DNA of 53,440 bases from a virus (lineage: Duplodnaviria; Caudoviricetes), in IMG/VR virus record IMGVR_UViG_3300030116_007267, positions 1-53,440 of that record; one strand, written 5' to 3'. Positions 8,445 to 18,055 of the stretch are shown one piece after another (within the stretch, counting starts at the first letter, position 1; each line of letters opens with the position of its first letter). The position numbers and the translations under genes are program-made. The notes below the pieces were generated by a model that made no database searches, had not been told where the DNA came from, and worked only from the letters and a program-made list of their open reading frames with translations.

Positions 8445-9588
8445 TTCCCCGCTGCATCATGGCTATCTTGTATTCCAAAATACAGTCAAGCGCATTGTAT
8501 TTTAAAAGATCTTTTATCGGTGCCTGTCTTATCTGATTAGCAGAATTTGCACTATCTGATTTGAAATACTTTGCAACTGTGTCGTAGGCTGGATATCCTA
8601 ATAAAGAGAACGCTTGAAACTTTACACCTACCACGCCTTTTCTATTATCAATAGCATGTGCTGCAAGCATCGTATCCCAAATAGGTTTTTTAATAGACGT
8701 ACCACATTTTGCCCTAGTCCATCTATCTTCAAACTTTAGATTTGCACCAATGATTGGTACTTGTTCGACTAACTTTTTCCACGTAGGTATGATTGCTTCG
8801 TGCCATGGAAACGCTATTGTCTCCTTGCCTCGCCAACAGACACCCGCACTAACTATTTCAGCACACTCAGCATCCGGCTTAATCGTCGTCGTTTCATAAT
8901 CAACAGCAACTGGTTTACCTGACAGAATATACTTTTCTAAATACGGGATAGCCTCTCGCGGATCATACAACAGAGTTAAAGGAAACTCTTTAATCTCTTT
9001 GTGCGGCCTGCCCACTAATTCATAAGCAGACATAAATTGTTTTTTAAACAAATTTTTGCCAGTTACACTAGAGTCTTCCTGTGCAAATCGTATTGGATTT
9101 TCAACAGGACAAATCCAAGCATTTAATTCCCTAGACGGGATCTGCAAACCAAACCATCGTTGTGTATTGCCAATGTCTTCATGCCATAGATGGCCGATCA
9201 CTGACAATATGCTTGGATAACCTAAAAGAATAATCGTGGTTGGTTGTAGTCGTTTTATTTCTTTAAAAACGTTAGATCGACAATAACGAATCTCTTCGGG
9301 AGTAGCCCGTCCACGACAGATGATAGACGTTAACATCCATGTATCGACATCCAAATCGTAACCGTCCTTCGCCACCATCTGCCGCAGACTATGGGCGATT
9401 CCTCCTGAAAATAGACGACCGCTGACATCATCCTGTTCAGTTGGATGATCGCCTATTATTAAGATCCGTCTCTCTCCTTTTCCTACCACTTCCTGTTTTG
9501 GCGTTAAGCAATCTTTATACAGACCGCACTTTTCACACAAAGGAACTGCAACTGATAATGTTTTTAACTCTTCCTCATTAAAAAACAT
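8398..9588 (-). CDS. Family-4 uracil-DNA-glycosylase-like domain fused to a 3'-5' exonuclease (N-terminal part of the split PolA)
   Basis: CEKC.L...C and later Cys (Fe-S type); exonuclease motifs VDYET, NLKFE, DTM, YNALD. Confidence 0.85.
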   Translation of the reverse strand: MFFNEEELKTLSVAVPLCEKCGLYKDCLTPKQEVVGKGERRILIIGDHPTEQDDVSGRLFSGGIAHSLRQMVAKDGYDLDVDTWMLTSIICRGRATPEEIRYCRSNVFKEIKRLQPTTIILLGYPSILSVIGHLWHEDIGNTQRWFGLQIPSRELNAWICPVENPIRFAQEDSSVTGKNLFKKQFMSAYELVGRPHKEIKEFPLTLLYDPREAIPYLEKYILSGKPVAVDYETTTIKPDAECAEIVSAGVCWRGKETIAFPWHEAIIPTWKKLVEQVPIIGANLKFEDRWTRAKCGTSIKKPIWDTMLAAHAIDNRKGVVGVKFQAFSLLGYPAYDTVAKYFKSDSANSANQIRQAPIKDLLKYNALDCILEYKIAMMQRGNVDAQTNQSGGRSTC

Positions 9589-10536
9589 TTACATACTTTC
9601 AATACTTATAGCATATTGAAATGATTCCCCCTGGAGAATCATTGCATTTTGTGTAATTAAACAAGAATTCCCTAAACTGTTCAAACGTCTAAACAACTTA
9701 ATCGGCAGTTTTAAGACTTTGGGCTCGTCGCTCGTATACAAAACCTTTACTTGTTCTTTATACGAAGATCCCTCTGAAGTACTATTTATCTCACAGCAAT
9801 TTTCCGAAAACGTAATTTGTATCTCATGATCCGACTTGCACAATGTAGAACAACGCTGTAGGGCTTGTGCTAACTCTTCTGAAAATTCTAGATAAGAACC
9901 ATTTTCTACATTCAACAATTTGTCAAGTTTTGGATAAGGCTGGTTAAAACGAGCAAACGCACTTAAAACTCCGTTGTGATCAATGATTAAATGATTTGCT
10001 GTGGTGCCTACCTTTGCTCCTGGCAATATGTTTTGAGCTGCTTGGAGGCTAAACAACCCGCTAATCCCGTAGTCTCCGTAGCAACGATAAAGCTGATACC
10101 CGTCACAACCTTCAATAAAATCTTTCGTGACATGAATACAGGTCAATGCATGTACGTGATGGTTTTTGCTTACCGACTTTGATGCTTGACTAAACGTTTG
10201 TGATAACTGTTCTGTTACTTCCAACCACTCTATCGGCACATCAAATAGTGGTACTTTAGTTAGCTCGATCTTCGAAATCTTTGCGGATCTTTCACCTTGA
10301 GTAATTATGTAATTTTTAGCAGTCTCCCGAATATCCGCATCATCATCAAAATTAGACAAGGTTGTTTGCAAGAGACGCGCATTGAATGCTACGGGACTTT
10401 CAAAAAATTCAAAAGGAGTTGTCATAAGCAACTCCTCTGTTTGCGCAGATGCTGATTGATCATCAAACACAATAGTTGTGGCTTTGGCTGCAATAAACTT
10501 GCCAACTACTTCTCTAAGCGCTTTAAGATTTCCCAT
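9589..10536 (-). CDS. DNA polymerase sliding clamp (DnaN beta-like)
   Basis: ALTCIHV...IEGCDGYQL resembles beta clamp L.G......ATDGHRL; YP motif; 315 aa; next to the polymerase and DnaX. Confidence 0.65.
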   Translation of the reverse strand: MGNLKALREVVGKFIAAKATTIVFDDQSASAQTEELLMTTPFEFFESPVAFNARLLQTTLSNFDDDADIRETAKNYIITQGERSAKISKIELTKVPLFDVPIEWLEVTEQLSQTFSQASKSVSKNHHVHALTCIHVTKDFIEGCDGYQLYRCYGDYGISGLFSLQAAQNILPGAKVGTTANHLIIDHNGVLSAFARFNQPYPKLDKLLNVENGSYLEFSEELAQALQRCSTLCKSDHEIQITFSENCCEINSTSEGSSYKEQVKVLYTSDEPKVLKLPIKLFRRLNSLGNSCLITQNAMILQGESFQYAISIESM

Positions 10537-11134
10537 TGCTATCCTTTGCGATTGGCAAATTAAGACCTTTCTTCCAACCGTAGAGATAATTCCTAATTGT
10601 CCCTATATTAGCCCCCTGATCTTTAAACTGATTAAACAATTGACGAGCTGTTAATTCTTTTCCTGATTTGAGCCATGCTTCATACATGAGCGATTTTAGT
10701 GTTTTGCCTTTAGTCGTTCTCTTTTTCTTTAAAGGCTTTACTAAATCTGGATGAGGTATATCAGGATTGTCTATGGGATCGTAAAAAGATCGAGTATCTA
10801 ATCCACCTGCCAATCCCTCTACCTCTACCTCTACATCTCGCTCATCAGTATCAGATTCAATTTCAAGTTCAAACTCTTGCTGATCTATAAAACTTTCACC
10901 CTCACCAATCAATACAATTTCTTCACCAGACCTAATAGCTTCTTTTAATTGGCACAATGTTTCATCTGCTTCATCGTCTCCCGTTTCATACTTTGCATCA
11001 ACAATCTCATTTAACTTAGATACTCGACGTTGCAATTCGTCTTGTTCCCACGTTACAGCATGAGCAAATCCCATAGAGATAAACAAATCAACCGCTTTAT
11101 GTACTAAAATTCGCATAGCATCCTCAAAATTCAA
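10523..11134 (-). CDS. Hypothetical protein, acidic middle and basic HTH-like C-terminus
   Basis: Coupled ORF; composition. Confidence 0.6.
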   Translation of the reverse strand: MNFEDAMRILVHKAVDLFISMGFAHAVTWEQDELQRRVSKLNEIVDAKYETGDDEADETLCQLKEAIRSGEEIVLIGEGESFIDQQEFELEIESDTDERDVEVEVEGLAGGLDTRSFYDPIDNPDIPHPDLVKPLKKKRTTKGKTLKSLMYEAWLKSGKELTARQLFNQFKDQGANIGTIRNYLYGWKKGLNLPIAKDSNGKS

Positions 11135-12560
11135 CTACTGCTTCGTCGGCTGTTTGCTTAGAAGCATCCGCAGCTTCAGTAGGTTTCCACGAAACAACAA
11201 CAGGATTGGCTACTGCTGGACAACCTGCAACATGCACACAAGCGTATTCGTTATAGGGACCATGGCGATACACAACCCAATTCAAACGAGTAACCTGCTG
11301 TGCTTTATCTTCTGGCGTTACATTTAATCCAATCATGCCACTCACATGTGCCAACTTGGTTTTGCGTCCAGAGAATGATTCTCTAGTCAACACTGTATGG
11401 CCTTTTTTGTAGGCCAAAGCTGATGACTGCGTAGCCGTTAAAACCAAAGCATGAAGACGCTGCGACATACCACGTAGCTGCATCCATGTATGATCGATTT
11501 TTGCTAATTCATTGTCTGACTGTACACCCAGAGGTGGCGCTAAGATGTCTGCATAATCTAGAACAACCATATCGGCAACCCACCCCTGCTGCGCCCAATC
11601 CATTAAAATTGATTGGATGCCTTCTACCGATATTGAAAACGCAGGATGACAAACTAATCTAAAAAGATCCCTGCCACGAAGACGTTTCTCAAATGCTGCA
11701 TGAGCTTCAACACCCAACAAACGTTGGTCATGCGTTACATCTTCAAAAGATACTGCACCTTTATCATCAAAATGCAATGGCTTACGAATAGTGCTTGCAA
11801 ATCTAGGACGAATGGCAGATCTCATACCTATGCGCTGCCCTACCTCCCGTTCCGTCATATCACCACATTCAAAAAACGCTACTCGCAACCCAGCACGAAT
11901 ACCACGATATGCGGCATCTAATAACCAAAAAGATTTACCAACTTTGTCTGGACCCATCCAAGCAAAAAATCGACCTCGCTGGAAGGCGTTTCCTATAAAA
12001 TCACCCAGAGGCCCAGGGTATTTAATCAACCCACGCTCAACTTCTTGCTCAAAACAATCTTCCCAAAAATCAGGATCTAACTCTAATTGCTTAACTCTTG
12101 TATTGAATTCATCACTGGTCCGAAGATTTGCAAACACAATTTTAGGATCAACGCCATCGACAAGTTGCATTTCAGCATCTGCCATTTGTCGACGTAGTTG
12201 CACCGCATTAATATGACGTTCGCAGATATCAAGAATGTAATCAGAAGCAGGCAATCCATCCTCGACTACCTCATACACATCATTGATGAGGGTTGTCATA
12301 TTTTCTACGATATCTTCGTTTGGCTGTTTGTCTTCAATCCATTGTTGGTAGTATTGCTCTACTGCAACCCCTAATGGCTCTTCATAAGCACGCCAATGTT
12401 TAATAGCCCACCGACTTAACATATCGGCAGATGGACTATCTAATGCTTGTTTCGGCCAGAGGCTTGCCAATTTTGAACATACTGTCGTATGACTGACAAG
12501 CGCCGCAAGAATTAAATGAACATGTTTGTGGTTAGTCTCATCCTTGACTCTCACAACCAT
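11124..12560 (-). CDS. DnaB-like replicative helicase
   Basis: Walker A GPDKVGKS, FFECGDM, VLDYADIL, LTATQS. Confidence 0.85.
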   Translation of the reverse strand: MVVRVKDETNHKHVHLILAALVSHTTVCSKLASLWPKQALDSPSADMLSRWAIKHWRAYEEPLGVAVEQYYQQWIEDKQPNEDIVENMTTLINDVYEVVEDGLPASDYILDICERHINAVQLRRQMADAEMQLVDGVDPKIVFANLRTSDEFNTRVKQLELDPDFWEDCFEQEVERGLIKYPGPLGDFIGNAFQRGRFFAWMGPDKVGKSFWLLDAAYRGIRAGLRVAFFECGDMTEREVGQRIGMRSAIRPRFASTIRKPLHFDDKGAVSFEDVTHDQRLLGVEAHAAFEKRLRGRDLFRLVCHPAFSISVEGIQSILMDWAQQGWVADMVVLDYADILAPPLGVQSDNELAKIDHTWMQLRGMSQRLHALVLTATQSSALAYKKGHTVLTRESFSGRKTKLAHVSGMIGLNVTPEDKAQQVTRLNWVVYRHGPYNEYACVHVAGCPAVANPVVVSWKPTEAADASKQTADEAVVEF

Positions 12561-12567
12561 CCCCTTA

Positions 12568-13392
12568 CTACAATAAACGTTCCATCTTTATTCGATTTAA
12601 ATAAGCTTCTCCCATCATCTTAGAAATCTTCAACTTGCGTAATGCACGACCGTCTGGCATATCCTGAAATGCCTTTTTATAATTCGGCAATAACGCATCT
12701 CGCAAGAAAATAAACATCGGCTCTTCCTTGCCAGTTGAATATTCTGAAACCGTTTGCTCCTCCATCAATTGATCCAACTTTACATAATTAGTCATCAATT
12801 GTTCAAGAGTAGAGATTCTAGGGAAGTACTGAGTTTCCCACCCATATAAAGACGCACACTTACGCCAATACATGATGGTTCGGATTCTAGCTAAATTCGG
12901 TTTGTGATTCGTCACCCACCAATACCTAAACTCTAAACGATCCGTATATTTGAGCTTCTTAGCATCAGTGATTTCAGATTTTAAAAACCATTTAGCATGT
13001 GGTAATAAAACCACTTGATCAATCTTATCTCGTTGATCTTGATTTAAATCCATTACCTCAAATCTATGGATAAAACGATCAACATTATTTGGTCGTAAGG
13101 CAATATCAATAGAAAAATACGGCTTACCTCGCGAACCTCCGTTAGCATTGAAAGGATCGAGGAACATTCCACGAACGCTCATTTCTAATTCATCAACTGA
13201 ATAGTCTTCCAGCGCTTGTTGTAAATGCTCCCCTGTCCTTTGATGCCAATCCAAGCGCCGCATTCGGCTACCTGTTTCTACTTTATAAATAGCCAATGCT
13301 TGTGCGGCAGCTTGTTGCAAACGCTCAAACGCTAAACAGTCCTGCTTACGAATGTTGTTCTTTGCACTTGTAATAGTACGGACTCGCATCAT
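12568..13392 (-). CDS. Hypothetical protein, possible replication initiator
   Basis: Directly upstream of the helicase, after two HTH genes; function inferred from position only. Confidence 0.5.
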   Translation of the reverse strand: MMRVRTITSAKNNIRKQDCLAFERLQQAAAQALAIYKVETGSRMRRLDWHQRTGEHLQQALEDYSVDELEMSVRGMFLDPFNANGGSRGKPYFSIDIALRPNNVDRFIHRFEVMDLNQDQRDKIDQVVLLPHAKWFLKSEITDAKKLKYTDRLEFRYWWVTNHKPNLARIRTIMYWRKCASLYGWETQYFPRISTLEQLMTNYVKLDQLMEEQTVSEYSTGKEEPMFIFLRDALLPNYKKAFQDMPDGRALRKLKISKMMGEAYLNRIKMERLL

Positions 13393-13564
13393 TTTCGCGT
13401 GATACTTCTAACAACCCAGCTTCCATCAAAGCTTCGGTAGCTCGCCGAACAGTCAACCTTTTACACTGCAACGCTTCTGCAATCGCTGTTTGTGAAATCT
13501 CGCCTGGACCCTTTTCTTTAAGCCAATTGTAGATATCCATATGCCTTGGGTGAATTTTTTTCAT
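13346..13564 (-). CDS. Winged-HTH DNA-binding protein
   Basis: SQTAIAEAL.C.R.TVRRA...L...GLL. Confidence 0.75.
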   Translation of the reverse strand: MKKIHPRHMDIYNWLKEKGPGEISQTAIAEALQCKRLTVRRATEALMEAGLLEVSRENDASPYYYKCKEQHS

Positions 13565-13770
13565 CGTTGTTTAAATCCTATACCTGTTAACTTTACACGT
13601 TCCGATGTGTCTGGTAGTTTTTTCAGTTCATCACGAGAAACCAAAACCTTTCTAGCACTAAGCCGCATGACGTTAATGTTGTAGGTTTCAATCAATTGCC
13701 ATACTCTTTGGCGACTAACTCCCTGCTCAACCGCAATTTGATGGATCGTTAAGTGTTCACTAGTATCCAT
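13561..13770 (-). CDS. Small HTH DNA-binding protein
   Basis: LTIHQIA...GVSRQRVWQLI. Confidence 0.75.
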   Translation of the reverse strand: MDTSEHLTIHQIAVEQGVSRQRVWQLIETYNINVMRLSARKVLVSRDELKKLPDTSERVKLTGIGFKQR

Positions 13771-13773
13771 ACC

Positions 13774-15420
13774 TCACCTATTATTTAATGCTTGCTCAAT
13801 CACTTGAGCTTTTAGGTTTACAGTCTTTGCCATCGTAACATCTAATGTTTTGGCAAAAACTAATTGCTGAACCAACACACTATTCTTTTGACCAATACGA
13901 TGCGTACGATCTTCAAATTGCATCATTTCTCCAGGAGTCCACAAACCCTCACCAAAAACGACATGCGAACTTCTAGTCAATGTGTAGCCTTCTTTGATAG
14001 ATGAAATAAACAAATCATATTTACCATCTTGGAAATCTTCTACAATCTTCTGTCGTTTTTTTATCGGCGTCTCACCATTCATTTGAACAGCACACTTTTT
14101 AAATTCATCCATGATTTTATCTGCCGCACTATGGTGGTGCATGAATAAAAGCACTGGGCCGTCTTCTAATATATTTTGCAAATGCGAAATAATGTACGGC
14201 ACTTTAGTCTCTGCCAAAATTTGACGAAATTCTGCCATCTCATCAAACGGCACAGGATTTGACATCTCCAATGCAGTAACGCGCTCTTGAAACGTTTTTA
14301 AATCTGCTGTCTCTTCGGCATCCTGCACTGCAACATCAAGTTCTTGCATATACGTTTGTATGCCCTCGATGTCATAATCAAAATCTTTAGGAGGTTCTAT
14401 TTCAATAACTTGTCGAATCTTAGGCGGCAATTCATCTAACACGTCTTCTTTCATACGACGAACCATGATTGAAGCCCGCAACCGCTGCTGCAAATCTCCT
14501 AAATTACTTGCTCCTTTATAATCCCATGCCTGCCGACCCTGCCCAATATGAATTAATTTTGGCGCACAATAACGCTCCGCAAATCTATTAAAAGATCTAC
14601 CTAAACCATTGCGATCAACTCGCTGCAAAAGCGGAAACAGTTCTACAGGTCGATTAACAATTGGAGTACCCGAAAGCGCTAAAATCTTCGTAGCTGGAAT
14701 AGGCAGCATTTGTGTTGATTTGCGCTTGTGACCATTTCCATAAACGGCTTTCGTGCGCTGTGCCTGTGGATTCTTTAAGTACTGACACTCATCTAAAATT
14801 AAGACATCCCACTGCTTAATCTTGTCTATGTCTTTGCGAGATTTTTTTACAATGTCGTAGTTGATGATTACAATATTTGTTTGTGGAAATTTGTTTTTTG
14901 ATTCATGTACACCAATGGTCAGTGATTTATCGACTAACCACTTTTTTAATTCTTTTTGCCAATTCAACTTCAAACTAGCAGGACAAATAATCAGCACTCG
15001 TTTAATCTTTAGCTGATTAATTACACCAATAGCTTGAATTGTTTTGCCTAACCCCATCTCATCGCCAATCAAACAATGATCGCGATCCAAGGCGTAAGAA
15101 ATGCCTGCTCGTTGATAGGGTAGATAAGAAAGATTAGCAGGACATCTAAGATTAACGTCCGCTGTCTTAGCTGAACTTTTTTCTAATTGCTCAACACGCT
15201 TTTTATTTTGCTTTTTGTTGAGCTTTCTTTTTTGATAGACAACCCACTTGTCGTCTTTTTTAATGACAAAAACGCCAGACTGCCGTATCTTACTTTTGTG
15301 TTGACGCCATAGATGCCAAAATTTTTGTGTTGGCTTTGCGTATCGAATTTGAATCGGGCCATCAACAGTTTCTTCTTGTTGATATGGACCCCAATCCAAT
15401 CCTAAAGCCAAAACGTCCAT
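13774..15420 (-). CDS. SNF2/HARP-like helicase
   Basis: PYQ, DEMGLGKT, CPASL..NW, LDECQ, LSGTP..N, RR.K..VL, Q.EDR.HRIGQ; start at 15420 by G-rich SD (ORF open to 15453). Confidence 0.92.
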   Translation of the reverse strand: MDVLALGLDWGPYQQEETVDGPIQIRYAKPTQKFWHLWRQHKSKIRQSGVFVIKKDDKWVVYQKRKLNKKQNKKRVEQLEKSSAKTADVNLRCPANLSYLPYQRAGISYALDRDHCLIGDEMGLGKTIQAIGVINQLKIKRVLIICPASLKLNWQKELKKWLVDKSLTIGVHESKNKFPQTNIVIINYDIVKKSRKDIDKIKQWDVLILDECQYLKNPQAQRTKAVYGNGHKRKSTQMLPIPATKILALSGTPIVNRPVELFPLLQRVDRNGLGRSFNRFAERYCAPKLIHIGQGRQAWDYKGASNLGDLQQRLRASIMVRRMKEDVLDELPPKIRQVIEIEPPKDFDYDIEGIQTYMQELDVAVQDAEETADLKTFQERVTALEMSNPVPFDEMAEFRQILAETKVPYIISHLQNILEDGPVLLFMHHHSAADKIMDEFKKCAVQMNGETPIKKRQKIVEDFQDGKYDLFISSIKEGYTLTRSSHVVFGEGLWTPGEMMQFEDRTHRIGQKNSVLVQQLVFAKTLDVTMAKTVNLKAQVIEQALNNR

Positions 15421-15461
15421 AACTCTTCCCCCCAAACACACTTTAACAAACAACTACTATA

Positions 15462-15490
15462 GTTATATACTCCTTATTAAATTACGTCAA
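15462..15490 (-). promoter_or_regulatory. Sigma70-like promoter of the replication operon
   Basis: TTGACG (15490..15485), 17-nt spacer, TATAAC (15467..15462); same architecture as the promoter at 382..410. Confidence 0.75.
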
Positions 15491-15517
15491 TACTTGTTTG
15501 CATTTTTATCAAATTAA

Positions 15518-16228
15518 TTAATATGTTTTGCAAGTATGCCGACATCTATAAACACCTGGAATATCTAAACCAGTTCCTGGAATTTCAACGATTTTTCTAA
15601 ATGCTAAATCATCTTGAAAATCACCAAATGGCTTACCATCCGTTCTTGGCTTTGACCATTTACCAGTCGGCACATATCCATTTTGCCTTGCCCAATGACC
15701 GTTGACTATTTGAATACCACCAATAGCTCGGCTATGCCTTTTCTTTTTCCAAGTTGATACATCTGGTATTCCGGTAACATTTTTTGCCAAATCATCGCCT
15801 TCACTATGTGAGCGCTGAATGTAACCAAACTTTGGATAAAACAAAATTGCTTCTCTATTTATAGAGGAATAAGCTTTATCTACTTGTATTGCGATATCTG
15901 GACTAAAGAAATAATCGACATCTGTAAACCAATAAAACTTAGGCAAATCACCAGAATGTGTGGGTAACTTTGTTGCTCGATTCCGCCCAATGCTGCGACG
16001 AAACAATTCCGCATCGCGCATCGCTAATGGAATCAATACGTTACCCATCTGGTCTATATACTCATTAATAACATTAACTGTTTGAGCATCTTCTAAACAA
16101 AAGCAAACCACAATATCAATACCAGGAGTATGGTTTGCTGCTGCTTTGATAGACTCCAATTGGATTTTTAAAAAACTAGCATATTGATAATTATTTTTAG
16201 CGTAGCAATGTGAAACAAATCTAATCAT
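15518..16228 (-). CDS. GT-A fold glycosyltransferase (GT2-like)
   Basis: RSIGRN.A, WFTDVDY DxD motif, GGIQ, DD..F. Confidence 0.7.
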   Translation of the reverse strand: MIRFVSHCYAKNNYQYASFLKIQLESIKAAANHTPGIDIVVCFCLEDAQTVNVINEYIDQMGNVLIPLAMRDAELFRRSIGRNRATKLPTHSGDLPKFYWFTDVDYFFSPDIAIQVDKAYSSINREAILFYPKFGYIQRSHSEGDDLAKNVTGIPDVSTWKKKRHSRAIGGIQIVNGHWARQNGYVPTGKWSKPRTDGKPFGDFQDDLAFRKIVEIPGTGLDIPGVYRCRHTCKTY

Positions 16229-16938
16229 GAGAGCCTTTCAATCGACGAAACAATACTTCTAAAGGCTTCTAGATCTTCTCGATTATTAATGCTTAATGGC
16301 AATCCTGAAATTTCATGTGCGCGAATTGAAAAATCAAAATCTAACCAAGATATCTGTTCTAATGATTCAAAATTAGCATTTGAAGACACAGGAATTCTTT
16401 TAATTTCTTGCAAAGTAGACATGGTATATCCATAAATTCCCACATGACCCCATGTCGAAATTCGTTGTCGGCTAAACCATTTGCAATAATTTGTGGGATT
16501 GATTGCCACTTTCACCATATCCCGATTCATTTGCTCGATATACTCACCGGAAAGTTTTGAAACCATAGTATCTACAGCACCAATACTATTTCGATTTTCG
16601 TACATCATCGAAACATCATTTATTTCAAGCATTGGCTCATCTACTTGCCAATTAACAATGTAATCCTCTTTATGAAATTCCTTTATGGTTGCTGCTGCTG
16701 CAACTCTTTGTGTTCCATTTTTGTATGCAACACTATCATCAAAAACTACACCTCCACCAAATCTACAAACCTCGTCACAAATATCTTGACTATCTGTAGC
16801 TACTAAAACTCTGGTGGCTTGTGGCACTTTCGATGCGCGTTCATATGTGTGCTGGAGCAAGGTCTTATTATTAATTCGTAATAACGGCTTTGACGGTAGA
16901 CGCTCGGATTCCATACGAGCAGGTATGATGATAATCAC
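16225..16938 (-). CDS. kdsB: KdsB-like (CMP-Kdo synthetase family) cytidylyltransferase
   Basis: IIPAR.ES.RLP.KPL, VATD, GT.R, VN.Q.DEP, VKV, FSR, HVGIYGY, ESLEQ. Confidence 0.88.
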   Translation of the reverse strand: MIIIIPARMESERLPSKPLLRINNKTLLQHTYERASKVPQATRVLVATDSQDICDEVCRFGGGVVFDDSVAYKNGTQRVAAAATIKEFHKEDYIVNWQVDEPMLEINDVSMMYENRNSIGAVDTMVSKLSGEYIEQMNRDMVKVAINPTNYCKWFSRQRISTWGHVGIYGYTMSTLQEIKRIPVSSNANFESLEQISWLDFDFSIRAHEISGLPLSINNREDLEAFRSIVSSIERLS

Positions 16939-17486
16939 CTTCGGGCTCCCGAATAGGAAACATCGTAATCAAATTGTTCAATAAAACTTAATTCCGCCTC
17001 AATCACTTGCTCGTATTGCTTAGAATCCCAAACAAAATTACGAGTTTTAGAATTTACTCTATCTGGCATAACAGGCTTAGTAATATTAAACGTATCGCAC
17101 AAATCAAAAAAACAATGTGGCGCGTCTTCAATTCGTAAATACGTATGCGCTGAATACGACAAAAACATTTGCCCAACACAACCAGATGCATGATTTAAAT
17201 AGTTATCTATAAAATGATCGAAATACACCCAATCAGAAGAAAGCTTGGCAAAGCGATCAACAGAAGGCACTCCTAAAATGGCACCTTTGATCACATTAAA
17301 ATAACTAGCTAACCAATCACAAGGATGGCGTACCATAGAAATCTTATAGATGTCGGTACGTGTATCTGGAAGATGAACTGTAGCCTTGTGACCAATACCT
17401 AAACCAGCATTTGCTGCCGCTTGCATAAACCACGTCGACCCACTCCTTGGCGCGGATGCAAAAGAAAAATCCTTATAGTCAATCAT
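16935..17486 (-). CDS. PAPS-dependent sulfotransferase
   Basis: 5'-PSB PRSGSTW and 3'-PB VRHP..WL.S motifs. Confidence 0.8.
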   Translation of the reverse strand: MIDYKDFSFASAPRSGSTWFMQAAANAGLGIGHKATVHLPDTRTDIYKISMVRHPCDWLASYFNVIKGAILGVPSVDRFAKLSSDWVYFDHFIDNYLNHASGCVGQMFLSYSAHTYLRIEDAPHCFFDLCDTFNITKPVMPDRVNSKTRNFVWDSKQYEQVIEAELSFIEQFDYDVSYSGARR

Positions 17487-18055
17487 CCCCTAAACACCAT
17501 TATCTTGTTTTTATATTTTGGTTTTGCAATAGCCTCTTTAGCTATATATGTCTTCTCTTCATCAAAAACGAATCCGCCAACCCTATACAACAATTGGCTA
17601 ATATGACCAGGATGGTGACAATTTACATGTCCATACCCACGGTCTTCTTTACCTGCCCATGTAATGACTAACCATCGGCGAGCTAAATGAGCTAGATTTT
17701 TAATAAAATCAGTTTCATACCTAGGTGGAATATGCTCACCAACCTCAAAACAAATTCCCCAAGTAGATTGATGTAAAGCACATTTATTGATATCGAATTT
17801 GGACAAATCAAACTCATGAACTAATCCGTTTGTTGCATCCTCAATTCCTGGAGTGCCATCAATCCCTGTAGCACGCCAACCTTCATCACGCATAGCTTGC
17901 ACATGACAACCATTACCCGTACCAATATCTACAACAGTTTCACTGTGAGGTATCAATGCACGAAACACTGCCATGTAGTTAGGACTAATTCGCTGCCTTG
18001 ATCCTTGAAACTCTGGAGAGTATGCACCATTTTCTAAGGTTTTATTATCCACCAA
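17483..18055 (-). CDS. Class I SAM-dependent methyltransferase
   Basis: VVDIGTGNG, GIDG, CFEVGEHI, GHVN. Confidence 0.85.
   Translation of the reverse strand: MVDNKTLENGAYSPEFQGSRQRISPNYMAVFRALIPHSETVVDIGTGNGCHVQAMRDEGWRATGIDGTPGIEDATNGLVHEFDLSKFDINKCALHQSTWGICFEVGEHIPPRYETDFIKNLAHLARRWLVITWAGKEDRGYGHVNCHHPGHISQLLYRVGGFVFDEEKTYIAKEAIAKPKYKNKIMVFRG

Noticed and set aside
13346-13392. 47-nt overlap between the HTH gene and the downstream ORF (similar overlap at portal/gpF, 37987..38033) as programmed frameshifts
   Set aside because: Overlaps in this phase are common throughout the window and no convincing slippery site is present; an indel cannot be excluded without reads
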